This document shows, piece by piece, positions 63,743 through 64,000 of a DNA stretch of 64,000 bases. How positions within the stretch are numbered: the first letter of the stretch is position 1; each line of letters begins with the position of its first letter. Origin of the DNA: Paraspadella gotoi (lineage: Eukaryota; Animalia; Chaetognatha); assembly GCA_051294375.1 (NCBI GenBank), contig CM119270.1:20606417-20670416 (forward strand). The letters are read 5' to 3'. A program made the position numbers and the translations under genes. The notes below the pieces were generated by a model. It worked only from the letters and a program-made list of their open reading frames with translations. It did no database searches and was not told the origin of the DNA.

Positions 63743-64000
63743 GTAAAATTTATTATAAATTTTTTTTATACATAAATGTTCATTAGTATAATGTTGTTCG
63801 TTCCTCACTTTAGAATTTTAATTAAAGTTAAAATTTAGAAATTTTACTACGCCTTAATAGTCATCTGTGTTTACATCGTTGTCGTCATCATCGTCATTAA
63901 CATCATCGTCGCCATCGTCGTCGTTGTCAACAGTGTATAATCATCATCGTACTATAATTCCTCATCATCTTCGTGGTCATCATCTTCTTTGTAATCGTCA

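Overview
This is eukaryotic DNA, most likely from an invertebrate animal (inference). It is AT-rich and dominated by (GA)n/(TC)n, (GAC)n and (GAAT)n microsatellites, with N-gaps and stretches that look like uncorrected long-read gap fill. Almost all ORFs in the supplied track are microsatellite read-throughs. Supported content: (1) a spliced XK-related (Xkr scramblase family) membrane-protein gene on + (exons ~49444-54091, motif ESFPQLLLQ) with in-frame stops, followed by an uninterrupted 506-codon multi-TM ORF (56685-58205) that may be its terminal exon; (2) several candidate exons of an unidentified minus-strand gene or genes; (3) two decayed LINEs, a Penelope-like GIY-YIG fragment, a deleted Tc1 element, a solo LTR, two Helentron-associated (HINE/DINE-1-like) families, two tRNA-derived SINE families and foldback MITEs; (4) a ~4-5 kb locus represented three times (16.1-29.9 kb), two copies apparently base-identical and probably an assembly artefact; (5) a short dispersed repeat built as [~85-bp head]-(TC)n-[minimal type I hammerhead ribozyme]-[3' end] in three copies, i.e. 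a retrozyme or Penelope pseudo-LTR-like family and the most unusual signal here; (6) an unexplained GC-rich, intron-containing island at 9.8-15.1 kb. All alignments and translations were done by eye; no database search was run.
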